64,000 nucleotides of DNA, from assembly GCA_965203905.1 (NCBI GenBank), contig CBDBDQ010000005.1:928001-992000 (forward strand), in the 5' to 3' direction. The stretch is from Spirochaetia bacterium (GTDB lineage Bacteria > Spirochaetota > Spirochaetia > SZUA-6 > Bin103). The notes beneath the pieces are model-generated. The model was not told the DNA's origin. It did no database searches and saw nothing but the letters and a program-made list of their open reading frames with translations. The first letter of the stretch is position 1, and every line of letters starts with the position of its first letter. A program made the position numbers and the translations under genes. This document shows, one piece after another, positions 40,827 through 50,873 of the stretch.

Positions 40827-41708
40827 TCAGCCTGCCCGCTGATAGTCGCCGGCGGCGTAGCGGAAGGTGGCCAGCTGCTCGCCGGGCGCGAGGCGACCCT
40901 TGTCCTGCTCGGAAGGCGGCCGGTACTCGAACCAGGTCTCGCCCGCGGCGTAGGGCATCTGCCGCCGTTTGCGGATACAGGCGCGCAGCACCTTCTGCTT
41001 GGCCACGACGTACTCGCGCGTGTACGGGCCGTGCTCCCACTCCACGTGCACGGTGTGGAACGTGTAGTACACCACGCGCCGCAGCTTGGACGACTCGTTG
41101 GGAGGCGAGCCATGCAGCAGGCGGACGTTGTGCAGCAGCACGTCGCCGGCCTTCAGCAGCACCGGCTGCGCCCCCTCGGTGGAGAAGCCGTCGCGGTTCA
41201 GACGCGCGATCGCGTCCCTGGTATACGCGTCGGACCAGCGGTGGCTGCCCGAAATCACCCATATGCAGGTATCGCGGTCGGCATCGTCGAGGTAGAAGTC
41301 GGCGATGAACACCGGCGGCTCGGAGGGATAGTCGTCGGTGCTGGCGCGATCCCGGTGCCAGGGCACGGCGATCCCCTGTCCCGGCATCTTCAGCACCATG
41401 GCGTCCTGGGTGGGAAACAGGTCCGGTCCCGCGATCGCCTCTACCGCGCGCAGCACCTCGGGATGCCCCATCATGGCGCGCGCCGCCGGCGACTTGTCGA
41501 CTACGTACTGGATGCGGCGCAGCACCTCGGAGCCGTCCAGGTGGCCGCTACCGAACAGGAAGTCCACCAGGCCCGGACGCGCCTGGTGGGTGAGCCCCTC
41601 CATGTCGGCGCGCATCGCCGCCAGCTCGGCGTCGCCCAGCATGCCCGGAAGGACCAGCCAGCCACGCTCTCGAAAGCTGTCTACCTCACGGTCCGTCAAT
41701 CGTTCCAT
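40827..41708 (-). CDS. Phytanoyl-CoA dioxygenase (PhyH) family Fe(II)/2OG enzyme
   Basis: PWHRD HxD motif, GSHRW, LLHGS. Confidence 0.88.
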   Translation of the reverse strand: MERLTDREVDSFRERGWLVLPGMLGDAELAAMRADMEGLTHQARPGLVDFLFGSGHLDGSEVLRRIQYVVDKSPAARAMMGHPEVLRAVEAIAGPDLFPTQDAMVLKMPGQGIAVPWHRDRASTDDYPSEPPVFIADFYLDDADRDTCIWVISGSHRWSDAYTRDAIARLNRDGFSTEGAQPVLLKAGDVLLHNVRLLHGSPPNESSKLRRVVYYTFHTVHVEWEHGPYTREYVVAKQKVLRACIRKRRQMPYAAGETWFEYRPPSEQDKGRLAPGEQLATFRYAAGDYQRAG

Positions 41709-41748
41709 GCGACTCCTTGTACCCTACCCGGCCGCCCTCGTCAAACTT

Positions 41749-42018
41749 TTATGCCCCAGGGCGCGACACCCCATCGAGTTCGGCGAGCGCGTCACCGAGA
41801 GCTGCAAGGCCGCACACGCGTACCCCTTCTCTGGTCTCATCGCGTGTACCACCGTAGACTAGGGTTCCCCGGCTCCGCAGCGGCGACTCACCGAACACCG
41901 CGGTGAAATGTCGGAAGGCCTTGAAGAAGCCGGTGTTCAACGTCTGTCCGGACTTGACTTCGATGGGATGCGGGATATGACCGGAGCGCAGCAGCAGGTC
42001 GATCTCGTTTCCCGCGGC
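41749..42018 (-). pseudogene. DUF4143-type ATP-binding protein C-terminal remnant
   Basis: GNEIDLLL..PIEVKSGQT..LVYGG. Confidence 0.7.
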
Positions 42019-42019
42019 C

Positions 42020-42237
42020 TTGGTAGATGCGGTGCGCGCGGTGCTCGGCGAGGCGATCGCAGCCGGCGGCACCACGCTGCGCGATTCCGCGACGTGGCCG
42101 GCACCCCCGGCTACTTCGTCACCAGCCTGGCGGTGTACGGGCGCGCCGGCCAGCCCTGCCGGCGCTGCCGGACGCCCCTCAAGCAGATCCGCATCACCGG
42201 CCGCAGCACCTGCTACTGCCCCCGCTGCCAGCGCTGA
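42020..42237 (+). pseudogene. mutM: MutM/Fpg C-terminal remnant with frameshift
   Basis: AIAAGGTTLRD / GYF..VYGRAGQPCRRC..GRSTCYCPRCQ zinc finger. Confidence 0.85.
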
Positions 42238-42352
42238 ACCGGGACACCGCTTCGCGCCCGCCGGCGCGAGTCACGGCCGACTACGCCTTCCTTCGACCAG
42301 TTCCATGAACCAGAGGGTGCCTCCCCGGGGGTGTCGGAATGTCCACATCTTC

Positions 42353-42850
42353 TCAGGCCTGTCGTTCCACGGCCGTAACTGGCCGTGAAGGCCTCTTTTT
42401 GGATCCGACGTTTTTTACGCTCACGTAGTGTTCCTGATAACGCCGTGGTTCCAGGAACCTATCTTCCCGCCAAAATTGCTGGCCGATTGCACGACAATAA
42501 GCAACAATGCAATGCGCCCCGCGTAACTGTGCATGGATGTCCTTCGCAAGACCGTCATTGCCACCCTTCATTTCCATGTAGACGATCCACTTCCGGTCAT
42601 CCTCGTTGGCGACGATTACATAGTCTGCCCGTCTATGTTCACCCCTGTTGCCTCTAAAGACGTAACGTGGAGGTGGAAACGCGTCAGCCCTGAACGCAAT
42701 GGTGTCGTAAGGAGCATCAACTATTTTCAGTTTGTACGACCGATCCTGAGGTTCCGTCAGTAACAGCTCCTTCCGGTCTCTCTGAGTATCAACAACTGGC
42801 GCCAAGACCTCATCTTTGAGCAGATCTCGGAGTATGTCGAGGTCATTCAT
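42353..42850 (-). CDS. Hypothetical protein, possible PD-(D/E)xK nuclease partner of the ATPase
   Basis: RRADYVIV..IVYMEMKG; overlaps ATPase stop; C-terminus may be frameshifted. Confidence 0.6.
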   Translation of the reverse strand: MNDLDILRDLLKDEVLAPVVDTQRDRKELLLTEPQDRSYKLKIVDAPYDTIAFRADAFPPPRYVFRGNRGEHRRADYVIVANEDDRKWIVYMEMKGGNDGLAKDIHAQLRGAHCIVAYCRAIGQQFWREDRFLEPRRYQEHYVSVKNVGSKKRPSRPVTAVERQA

Positions 42851-44189
42851 CGTCACCCCACAAGATGGAATCTTGAATCTCGTTCATCTCGTTAATGGTG
42901 TCGTCGAAGCTGCGAGCTTCGATTCCGTACTCTTCGTTTATCGACGCCTTCACCAGAGTGTGGTTCCGTCCGGCGTCGCCCTTGGATTCGGTGTCGACTG
43001 GTTCGGCAAGATAGACCTTCACCTGCCGTGGTTTTAGTAACTCTTCGGTACCGTACCCTTCCTTTCGCGATATCCGCCGCAAATGAGGCTTTTCTTGATT
43101 CAGCATTATCAGAGTATTCAACTCCTTGACGATATAGTCGCTGTGGGTGGTTGCGAACACGCGAACACCCACATTCACCAACTGCGCGAACAGGCGCGCG
43201 ATGCGCCGCTGATTTCTCGGGTGCAGATTCAATTCAGGCTCATCGATCATCAACAGATCGCCCGGACGCGCGACGTGACGCAGGTAGAGACCGATGATCA
43301 GCAGCGAGCGTACTGCGCTCGAACTTTCGTCCATGGTCAGCCGCAGCCGTCGGCGAGCGGGTTTGAAGTAGATCGTATCGGCGTCTTTCACTCGATAGTC
43401 TCCTCCGATAATATCGGAAAACCCTGCAAGAATGTGTTTGTGGTCTCGTGCGATGAAACTATCTGACTTGACGGTCTGTTCGAGCCGCCGAATGAAGTCA
43501 ACGTTTTCTTGAACCGGAAGCGGATAGTCCGGTTCGTGACCAAGGAATAGACTCATTTGGTGGGGGTTATATTCCAATTGGTCGCGGAACATGGTGCCGC
43601 CAGTACGTTCCGCACTGGCGATAAATGGTCGGGCCAACAACCTGCAAAAAAGGAGTTCGCAAGTAGCACTCGATATTATCTCGTGAATCGTCTGACGAGG
43701 CAAAATATTGTTGTCGCGGGTAAGCAGCGAGATCACCAGATCGAAGTCACCCTTTTCTTTGGAGAAAGAAAAAAGGGTGTCTTCAGATGCCCCTTGCCAT
43801 TTACCTCGGAAGGCGCGGTCAGCCGCTTTGCCGAGAGCACGACCGTTAAGCGATATCCGGAATTCCGCCGGTTTGAAGCGGTCCGATCGAGAAGCAAATA
43901 CCGCGGCCAGCTCATCGACATAGTCGTCACAGCCCGTACTTACAATTGCACTCGCCTGCTCGACGAGCGTCCTGACATCAATTCGCGCTACGCCGTCCTT
44001 CACCAGCTCGTCGATTGTCGACTTGGGAGTGTCGACTGACAGCAACCGTCGCCAATTCGACAAGAACCCGAACAGTGCGTAGGTAGCGTAGGTCTTGCCG
44101 GTGTTGTTGTCGCCGCATATCAGGGTTAAATCGCCTAGTTCGAATTCGGCCTGCTTGAGGACGCCAAGATTCCTCACGCTGATCTTCAC
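42843..44189 (-). CDS. ABC-type AAA ATPase (AAA_15/AAA_21-like)
   Basis: VRNLG, GDNNTGKT, ESSSAVRS, IDEPELNLHP, TTHS; lower GC than flanks. Confidence 0.88.
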   Translation of the reverse strand: MKISVRNLGVLKQAEFELGDLTLICGDNNTGKTYATYALFGFLSNWRRLLSVDTPKSTIDELVKDGVARIDVRTLVEQASAIVSTGCDDYVDELAAVFASRSDRFKPAEFRISLNGRALGKAADRAFRGKWQGASEDTLFSFSKEKGDFDLVISLLTRDNNILPRQTIHEIISSATCELLFCRLLARPFIASAERTGGTMFRDQLEYNPHQMSLFLGHEPDYPLPVQENVDFIRRLEQTVKSDSFIARDHKHILAGFSDIIGGDYRVKDADTIYFKPARRRLRLTMDESSSAVRSLLIIGLYLRHVARPGDLLMIDEPELNLHPRNQRRIARLFAQLVNVGVRVFATTHSDYIVKELNTLIMLNQEKPHLRRISRKEGYGTEELLKPRQVKVYLAEPVDTESKGDAGRNHTLVKASINEEYGIEARSFDDTINEMNEIQDSILWGDDE

Positions 44190-44643
44190 GATGCAATCTC
44201 CGTTGCTCCCGTTGTGGTTGCCGACGGGCGCAGAAGCGTGTCTGACACTATGAGTACGGGAGACTGCGTCGCTTTGCGCCTTGGCAGAAGCACCGCCATG
44301 CGTGGCTCCCGCACAGAACCGGTACACGCTGTTCGGAGCCGGAAGACGCGCAGGCGATGTGGCGCCGTGGGACGTGCCGTCGCCATCTTGTTCGGAGTAG
44401 CGGCCTCCTCCGCGACGCAGACCTGCCGAACTCGCGTGTCGATGACTGCAGCTCCGGCCATCATGGGTTGCACAGTAGCCGTTGTACCGCAAGCCGTTGT
44501 GGCGGTCAAATCGTATGAACCCCTACGAGGACGCTCTCCGGGGCCGCATTCGACGACCGCCCGTATAATCTCCTCCCGATGCGCCATCATGTTCGCGGGA
44601 TGGAGACAGCGGCGGTCTGTTGAATGTGGAGACCGTTATGGCG

Positions 44644-46077
44644 CTATGCCGCAGACTCCTTGAACTCGGTGACCAGGCCTTCGACGGTGGCCTTGGCGTC
44701 GCCGAAGATCATGTAGGAGTTGTCGCGGAAGAACAGCGGGTTGTCGATGCCGGCGAAGCCGCTGGCCATGGAGCGCTTGAGAATGAAGCAGGTGCGCGCC
44801 CTGTCGGCGTCGATGATCGGCATGCCGTAGATCGGGCTGCCCTCGTCCTCGCGCGCGGCGGGGTTCACCACGTCGTTGGCGCCGATCACGATCGCCACGT
44901 CCACCGTGTCCATGGTCGGGTTGATCGAGTCCATCTCCACGAGTTGGTCGTAGCTGACGTTGGCCTCGGCCAGCAGCACGTTCATGTGCCCCGGCATGCG
45001 CCCCGCGACCGGGTGGATCGCATACTTCACCTCGGTGCCGTTGCCCTCCAGGATCTCGCCCAACTCGCGCACCGCGTGCTGCGCCTGCGCCACGGCCATG
45101 CCGTAGCCGGGAATCACCACCACCGAGCTCGCCGCCTCCAGGATGTAGTAGGCGTCGCTGGACTGCATCGGCTTGGCCTCGCCCTCGATGGCGCTGCCGC
45201 CGGTGGAGCCGCCCGCGGCGCCGAAGCCGCTGAACAGCACGTTGCCGAGCGAGCGGTTCATCGCCTTGCACATGATGCTGGTGAGAATGATGCCGCTGGC
45301 ACCGACCAGGGCGCCGGTGATGATCAGCAGGTTGTTGCGGATCACAAAGCCGGCGGCGCACGCGGCCAGCCCGGAATAGCTGTTGAGCAGCGAGATCACC
45401 ACCGGCATGTCGGCGCCGCCGATGGGGATGACCACCATGATGCCGAGCAGCAGCGCCACCCCGGTGGCCACCACGGCGATCCAGTACTGGTCGGGACTGA
45501 CGGTGAACCACACCGCGCCCACCAGGATGGCCAGCAGGATCAGGAAGTTGATCACGTTTTGGCCGGTGAACAGCACCGGTTTCTGCGTCACCGCCCCACT
45601 CAGCTTGCCCCAGGCGATGATGCTGCCGGTGAAGGTGATGCCGCCGATCAGGATCGCCAGGTAGATGGTGACGGAGGAAAAGCCGCCGCCCACCGCGGCC
45701 AGGAACGCGGCGCCGTCCGCGGCGGGAGCTCCCCAGCCGACGCCCATCGAGTCGGCGACCACCTGGTAGGTGCCCCAGCCGACCAGCAGGCTGGCCAGGC
45801 CGCCGAAGCCGTTGAACAGTGCCACCATCTCCGGCATCGCGGTCATCTTCACCAGCTTGGAGGCGAGCACGCCGATGATCGCCCCGGCCAGCGCACCGAC
45901 GATGATCCACTGGAACTGGAAGCCGCGCCCCACCAGGGTGGCGACCACCGCGATCAGCATGCCGAGCGAGCTGGTGGCGTTGCCGCGGCGCGCGGTGGTG
46001 GGCTTGGAGAGCTGCTTGATGCCGAAGACGAACAGGATCGCGGAGATGATGTAGAGGATCGGGGTGACGAAGCTCAC
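44644..46077 (-). CDS. pntB: NAD(P) transhydrogenase beta subunit
   Basis: GGADMPVVISLLNSYSG, HPVAGRMPGHMNVLLAEA. Confidence 0.96.
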   Translation of the reverse strand: MSFVTPILYIISAILFVFGIKQLSKPTTARRGNATSSLGMLIAVVATLVGRGFQFQWIIVGALAGAIIGVLASKLVKMTAMPEMVALFNGFGGLASLLVGWGTYQVVADSMGVGWGAPAADGAAFLAAVGGGFSSVTIYLAILIGGITFTGSIIAWGKLSGAVTQKPVLFTGQNVINFLILLAILVGAVWFTVSPDQYWIAVVATGVALLLGIMVVIPIGGADMPVVISLLNSYSGLAACAAGFVIRNNLLIITGALVGASGIILTSIMCKAMNRSLGNVLFSGFGAAGGSTGGSAIEGEAKPMQSSDAYYILEAASSVVVIPGYGMAVAQAQHAVRELGEILEGNGTEVKYAIHPVAGRMPGHMNVLLAEANVSYDQLVEMDSINPTMDTVDVAIVIGANDVVNPAAREDEGSPIYGMPIIDADRARTCFILKRSMASGFAGIDNPLFFRDNSYMIFGDAKATVEGLVTEFKESAA

Positions 46078-46397
46078 GCGCCGCCTCCCTTCTTGTCCGG
46101 AGCCGGCCGCGTCTTGAACATCTCCAGCATGCGGTCGGTCACCAGGTAGCCGCCGACCACGTTGATGGTGGCGAAGCCCACGGCACACGCTCCCAGGACG
46201 GTGGTCAGGGTGCTGTCCGCGTTCTCGACGCTCAGCGTGATCAACGCGCCGACCAGCGAGATGCCGGAGATGGCGTTGGAGCCCGACATCAACGGGGTGT
46301 GCAACTGGGATGGCACCTTGGTAATCAGCTCCAGGCCCAGAAACATGGCCAGGATGAAGATGAAGAACAGAAACTCGAACTGTTGTAGCGCTTCCAT
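46074..46397 (-). CDS. pntA: NAD(P) transhydrogenase alpha subunit part 2
   Basis: LHTPLMSGSNAISG, VTDRMLEMFK. Confidence 0.95.
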   Translation of the reverse strand: MEALQQFEFLFFIFILAMFLGLELITKVPSQLHTPLMSGSNAISGISLVGALITLSVENADSTLTTVLGACAVGFATINVVGGYLVTDRMLEMFKTRPAPDKKGGGA

Positions 46398-46428
46398 CGG
46401 ATTCCTCGGATTACGGTACCGGCGCGAA

Positions 46429-47565
46429 TCAGCCGCCGGTGATGCTCTTGACCATTTCGTTGACCATCTCGCCGCCGTGGGTCACCAGGCTGCCCGAGAT
46501 GATCTCGTCGTCGCGGTTCAGGGTGAAGGAGTTGCCCTCCTCATCCCAGAACTCGTCGACGAAATTGTACAGGTTGTTGGCGAACATCTGGCTGGAGGAG
46601 GTGGCCAGGCGTCCGGGAACGTTGCGGTAGCCGATGATCAGCACCCCGTCCACGTCGACGTCCTCACCGGGCCGGGAGCCCTCCACGTTGCCGCCCGACT
46701 CCACCGCGTAGTCGACGATGATGCTGCCCGGCTTCATCCGTTGCACCATGTCGGCGGTGATCACCACCGGTGCCTTGCGGCCGAAGAGCTGTGCGGTGGT
46801 GATGACGATGTCGGACTGGGCGCAGCGGTCGGCCATCGCCAGGCGCTGCTTTTCGAGCTGCTCGGGAGTGAGGGCCTTGGCATAGCCCTGCTCGGTCTGG
46901 CCGGTCTCGCCGAGGTCGACCTTGACGAAGCGCGCGCCGAGCGACTCCACCTGCTCGGCCACGTCGGGCCGGGTGTCGAACGCCTCCACGCGGGCGCCGA
47001 GCCGCTTGGCGGTGGCGATGGCCTGCAGGCCCGCGACTCCTGCGCCGATGACGAACACCCGCGCCGGCTGCAGCGTGCCGGAAGGCGTCACCATCATCGG
47101 CAGGATCGTCTTGAGCCGGTCTGCGGCCATCAGCACCATCGAGTAGCCGGCGATGCTGTGCTGGGAGCTGAGGGCGTCCAGTTTCTGGGCGCGGGTGGAA
47201 CGCGGCACCAGCTCCATGCTGATGGCGCTCACCTCCTGCTGCGCCAGCGCATCGACCAGCGCCCCCTCGTTGAAGGGATCGAGAAAGCTGATGTGAATCG
47301 CTCCCTTCTTGAGCAGCTCAACCTCGTCCGGCGGAGGCTGCCGCACCCGCAGCACGACATCCGCCTCGCCCAGCGCGGCAGCGCGGTCGTCGCGCACCTT
47401 GGCGCCGGCCTTCTCGTAGGCGGCATCGGGGTAGTTGGCGCCGGCGCCGATGCCGTTCTCGACCGCAACACTGGCTCCCAGCTTGACCAGGCGGGCCGCG
47501 GTCTCCGGCGTCATGGCAGCCCGCGGCTCGTGCGGGTCGGATTCCTGTGGTGCAAATATGAGCAT
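46429..47565 (-). CDS. pntA: NAD(P) transhydrogenase alpha subunit part 1
   Basis: RAQKLDALSS, GAGVAGLQA, GGNVE. Confidence 0.95.
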   Translation of the reverse strand: MLIFAPQESDPHEPRAAMTPETAARLVKLGASVAVENGIGAGANYPDAAYEKAGAKVRDDRAAALGEADVVLRVRQPPPDEVELLKKGAIHISFLDPFNEGALVDALAQQEVSAISMELVPRSTRAQKLDALSSQHSIAGYSMVLMAADRLKTILPMMVTPSGTLQPARVFVIGAGVAGLQAIATAKRLGARVEAFDTRPDVAEQVESLGARFVKVDLGETGQTEQGYAKALTPEQLEKQRLAMADRCAQSDIVITTAQLFGRKAPVVITADMVQRMKPGSIIVDYAVESGGNVEGSRPGEDVDVDGVLIIGYRNVPGRLATSSSQMFANNLYNFVDEFWDEEGNSFTLNRDDEIISGSLVTHGGEMVNEMVKSITGG

Positions 47566-47816
47566 GCAGACTCCAGCCGCCACAGCAGGTGCCGCGCTCG
47601 GGGACGGGCAGCACTCCGACGGCAGTCGGCTTGTGAGGGATCGTTATATAACTGCCAATTTTCGCCCGCAAAGTCAACGTCGACCCCGGAGCACGCGGAG
47701 GACGGCCCGCCGCATCGGAGCGCATCCGACGGGCGCCCGACCCGCACGCGACGCCGCGGCTCGCGTTGCAGGGGGGCTCGGTTCTTCGGTACAGTCTCGC
47801 CAGGAGCGCTCACGAG

Positions 47817-48071
47817 ATGACCGACAAACAGGCCAAGGGAGAAGTCGCCGAACGCATGCCGGCGGTAATGGAGCTGGAACCTGGCAGCTACTGGTGGTGC
47901 CGCTGCGGACGCAGTGACAATCAGCCATTCTGCGACGGCTCCCACAAGGACACCGCGTTCGAACCCTTGCAGTTCACCGTGGAGGAACAGCGCAACTATG
48001 CGCTGTGTCAGTGTAAGCAGACCGATAACGACCCATTCTGCGACGGGACCCATTCGCGCCTGCCCGCCTGA
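47817..48071 (+). CDS. Tandem CDGSH iron-sulfur domain protein
   Basis: WCRCGRS..PFCDGSH and LCQCK..PFCDGTH. Confidence 0.92.
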   Translation: MTDKQAKGEVAERMPAVMELEPGSYWWCRCGRSDNQPFCDGSHKDTAFEPLQFTVEEQRNYALCQCKQTDNDPFCDGTHSRLPA

Positions 48072-48167
48072 CGGCCCGGCTGCACTTCCGCTGCCACCTC
48101 CGCAGCGGCCCCGGATCTACGCGCCGCGTACCCCCGATCCGGGTGCCAGTACGCTGAGGAATCCCGC

Positions 48168-49727
48168 GTGCAACTGACCGCGTCGCACGGCGTGCCCATG
48201 ACGCAGGTGTACGGGGGCAGCCGTTTCTACCTGGATTACCTGGCGGGGCGGGCCGACCGCTATTTCAGCCATCCCGCCGGCGCCGCCGCAGCCGCCCTCC
48301 ACGCGCGCCGCACCGCGGGCACGGCGCAGCCGGAGCTGGCAGAGGTACTGGTGCGCTACAACCGGGAGCTGGGAGCGTCAGAGGCGACACTGGCCGGCGC
48401 CGCCGCCCTGGCCGACGCCGGCACCTGTTGCGTGCACACCGGCCAGCAGGCCGGCTTCATGGGCGGGCCCGCGTACACCCTGTACAAGATCGTCACGGCG
48501 ATCCGGCTGGCGCAGCGCTACCAGGAGGAACTGGGTTGCCGTTGCGTGCCGGTGTTCTGGCTGGCCTCCGAGGATCACGATCTGGGCGAGATCAACCACG
48601 CTCACTACCTTGCCGCCGACGGCAGCGTGGGACGGGTGCGGTTCGATTGGGACGGCGAGGGCCGCTCGATCAGCGAGCTGCCGGTCACGGCGGAGGTGCA
48701 GCAGGCGGCGGAGCGGTTCTTCGAACGCCAGGAGAACGCCCCGTTCGAGGACTATGCCCGCGAGCTGTTCCTGCCCCGCGGCGGCGGCTTCGCCCGCTCC
48801 CTGGCGGCCGGACTGGCAGGTCTGTTCGGCGACCACGGCCTGGTGATCCTGGAGCCGCACCTGTTGCGGCCGCTGTTCCCGCAGTTCTTCGCCCGTGCGC
48901 TGGCGCTGGGACCGCAGGTGACGCGGACGCTGGAGCATGCCGCGGCGGCACTGGCGGCCGACGGCTACCCCGTGCCGCTCGACCCGGCGCGCGCGGGCAC
49001 GCTGTTCCACGTCGCCGGCGGGCGCCGCGTGCGGCTGGACGCGGGCGCAACGCCGCCGTCAGAAGCGGTGCTGTCCACCGACGCGGCGTTGCGGCCGGTG
49101 CTGGCGGACCTGGCGCTGCCCTCCGTTGCCACCGTCCTCGGACCCGGTGAAATCGCCTATCAGGCCATGCTGCGGGGGCTCTATCGGTTGTTCGACATAC
49201 CGCAGCCACTGATCGCCGCGCGCAAGAGCTACACCCTCCTCGCGGCGGAGGCCGCCACCATCCTCAGCCACTTCGATCTTGTCCCCAGCCAGATCGTGGG
49301 CCCCGGGTTCTCGGTGCGCGCAGCCTTCAACGCCGCGGTGCCGGCCACCGAGCGCGCCCGTTTTGCCGCGCTGCGGCGCGGGCTGGGAGAGTTGTGGCAG
49401 CCGCTGGAGGCGCACGTGACGGCGGCGGACCCCAATCTCGCACACACCTGGCGGCGCAGCCTCGGCCATGCCGAACGCGCCGTGGAGCGCCTGGAGGAGC
49501 GCACCGCACGCGCGCTGATGAGCCGCCGCGGCGCCGCGCGGCGCGCGCTGCAAGGCCTGCGCGACGAGGTCTGGCCGCGCGCCCGGCCGCAGGAACGCAC
49601 CCTGCCCGCGGCCCATTTCGTGAGCCGCTACGGCCCGCAGTTGCCCGCCGCGCTGCTGGCGGCCTGCGACCCGGCGGAGCCGGACCACGAGATCCTGGTA
49701 TATGCCGTGGATGGCCCGTGCGATTAG
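48168..49727 (+). CDS. bshC: Bacillithiol biosynthesis cysteine-adding enzyme
   Basis: TGQQAG..GP.YTLYK, PVFWLASEDHD.GE, GPGEIAY, PQER. Confidence 0.88.
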   Translation: MQLTASHGVPMTQVYGGSRFYLDYLAGRADRYFSHPAGAAAAALHARRTAGTAQPELAEVLVRYNRELGASEATLAGAAALADAGTCCVHTGQQAGFMGGPAYTLYKIVTAIRLAQRYQEELGCRCVPVFWLASEDHDLGEINHAHYLAADGSVGRVRFDWDGEGRSISELPVTAEVQQAAERFFERQENAPFEDYARELFLPRGGGFARSLAAGLAGLFGDHGLVILEPHLLRPLFPQFFARALALGPQVTRTLEHAAAALAADGYPVPLDPARAGTLFHVAGGRRVRLDAGATPPSEAVLSTDAALRPVLADLALPSVATVLGPGEIAYQAMLRGLYRLFDIPQPLIAARKSYTLLAAEAATILSHFDLVPSQIVGPGFSVRAAFNAAVPATERARFAALRRGLGELWQPLEAHVTAADPNLAHTWRRSLGHAERAVERLEERTARALMSRRGAARRALQGLRDEVWPRARPQERTLPAAHFVSRYGPQLPAALLAACDPAEPDHEILVYAVDGPCD

Positions 49728-50872
49728 GCATCACCTGCTACCCCACGCACGGCGGCAGCGGGGTATTCGCCACCGAGCTCGGCAAGCAGCTCGCCCTGCG
49801 CGGGCACACCGTCTCCTTCATCAGCTATTCAGCGCCGCTGCGCCTGGTGGAGCTGCCGCCCCGCGTCACCTTTCACGAAGTGCAGGCGGGCGAGTACCCG
49901 TTGCTCAAGCAGTACCCCTACACCCTGGCCCTGGCCGCCAAGATGGTGGAGGTGGCTGCCGCCAACGAACTGCAGATACTGCACGTCCACTACGCCATCC
50001 CCTTCTCGCCGGCGGCGATCCTGGCGCGGCAGATGGCTCCCGAGCTGGACCTCAAGGTGGTGACCACGCTGCACGGCACCGACACCTCGCTGGTAGGGGC
50101 GGCGCCCTACTTCCATCCGGTGACCCGTTTTTCCATCGAGCAGTCGGATGCGGTGACCACCGTCTCGGAGTACCTGCGCCGGGAGACCGCCGAGACCTTC
50201 CAGGTAACGCGCCCGATCGAGGTGATCCCGAACTGTGTCGATCTCGATCACTACGGTTCACCGCGCCGGCTGCCCGCCGGGCGGGCGGGTACGGCGCCGA
50301 AGCAGGTGTTGCACATCTCCAATTTCCGGCCGGTAAAGCGGGCCGCCGACGTGATCGAGGTGTTCGCGCGCATCCGCCGGCGGGTGGACGCCCGCCTGGT
50401 GCTGGTCGGCGACGGCCCCGATCTGAGCCGCGCGCTGGCGCTGGCGCGCCAGTTGGAGGTGGCCTCGGACGTGACCACGGTGGGGGTGGTCGACGACGTG
50501 GCACCGTTCCTGCAGGCCGCCGACCTGTTGCTGCTGCCGAGCGCCTCGGAGAGCTTTGGGCTGGTGGCGCTGGAGGCGATGGCCAGTCAGGTGCCGGTGG
50601 TGGCCAGCCGCACCGGCGGTCTGCCCGAGGTGGTGGCTGACGGCCGCGCCGGCTACCTGCTGCCGGCGGGCGCCGTGGACGCCATGGCGGCGCGCGCCAT
50701 CGAGCTGCTTACCGACGAGAACCTGCACCGCCGTTGCGGCAGCGCCGGCCGCGAGCTGGCGCGGAACTTCAGCTGCGATACGGTGGTGCCGCGGTTCGAG
50801 GCGTTCTATCAGCGGGTGCTGAGCCAGCCGTCCGCGCCGCCCCTGCTCCGGGCACCCGCGGTGGGCACCTGA
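49718..50872 (+). CDS. bshA: N-acetyl-alpha-D-glucosaminyl L-malate synthase
   Basis: GITCYPTHGGSG, LHVHYAIP, TTLHGTD, HISNFRPVKR, ESFGLVALEAM. Confidence 0.92.
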   Translation: MRLGITCYPTHGGSGVFATELGKQLALRGHTVSFISYSAPLRLVELPPRVTFHEVQAGEYPLLKQYPYTLALAAKMVEVAAANELQILHVHYAIPFSPAAILARQMAPELDLKVVTTLHGTDTSLVGAAPYFHPVTRFSIEQSDAVTTVSEYLRRETAETFQVTRPIEVIPNCVDLDHYGSPRRLPAGRAGTAPKQVLHISNFRPVKRAADVIEVFARIRRRVDARLVLVGDGPDLSRALALARQLEVASDVTTVGVVDDVAPFLQAADLLLLPSASESFGLVALEAMASQVPVVASRTGGLPEVVADGRAGYLLPAGAVDAMAARAIELLTDENLHRRCGSAGRELARNFSCDTVVPRFEAFYQRVLSQPSAPPLLRAPAVGT

Positions 50873-50873
50873 G

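Noticed and set aside
44190-44640. ORFs upstream of the AAA ATPase (44186-44590, 44214-44663)
   Set aside because: No recognisable motif; probably decayed or non-coding
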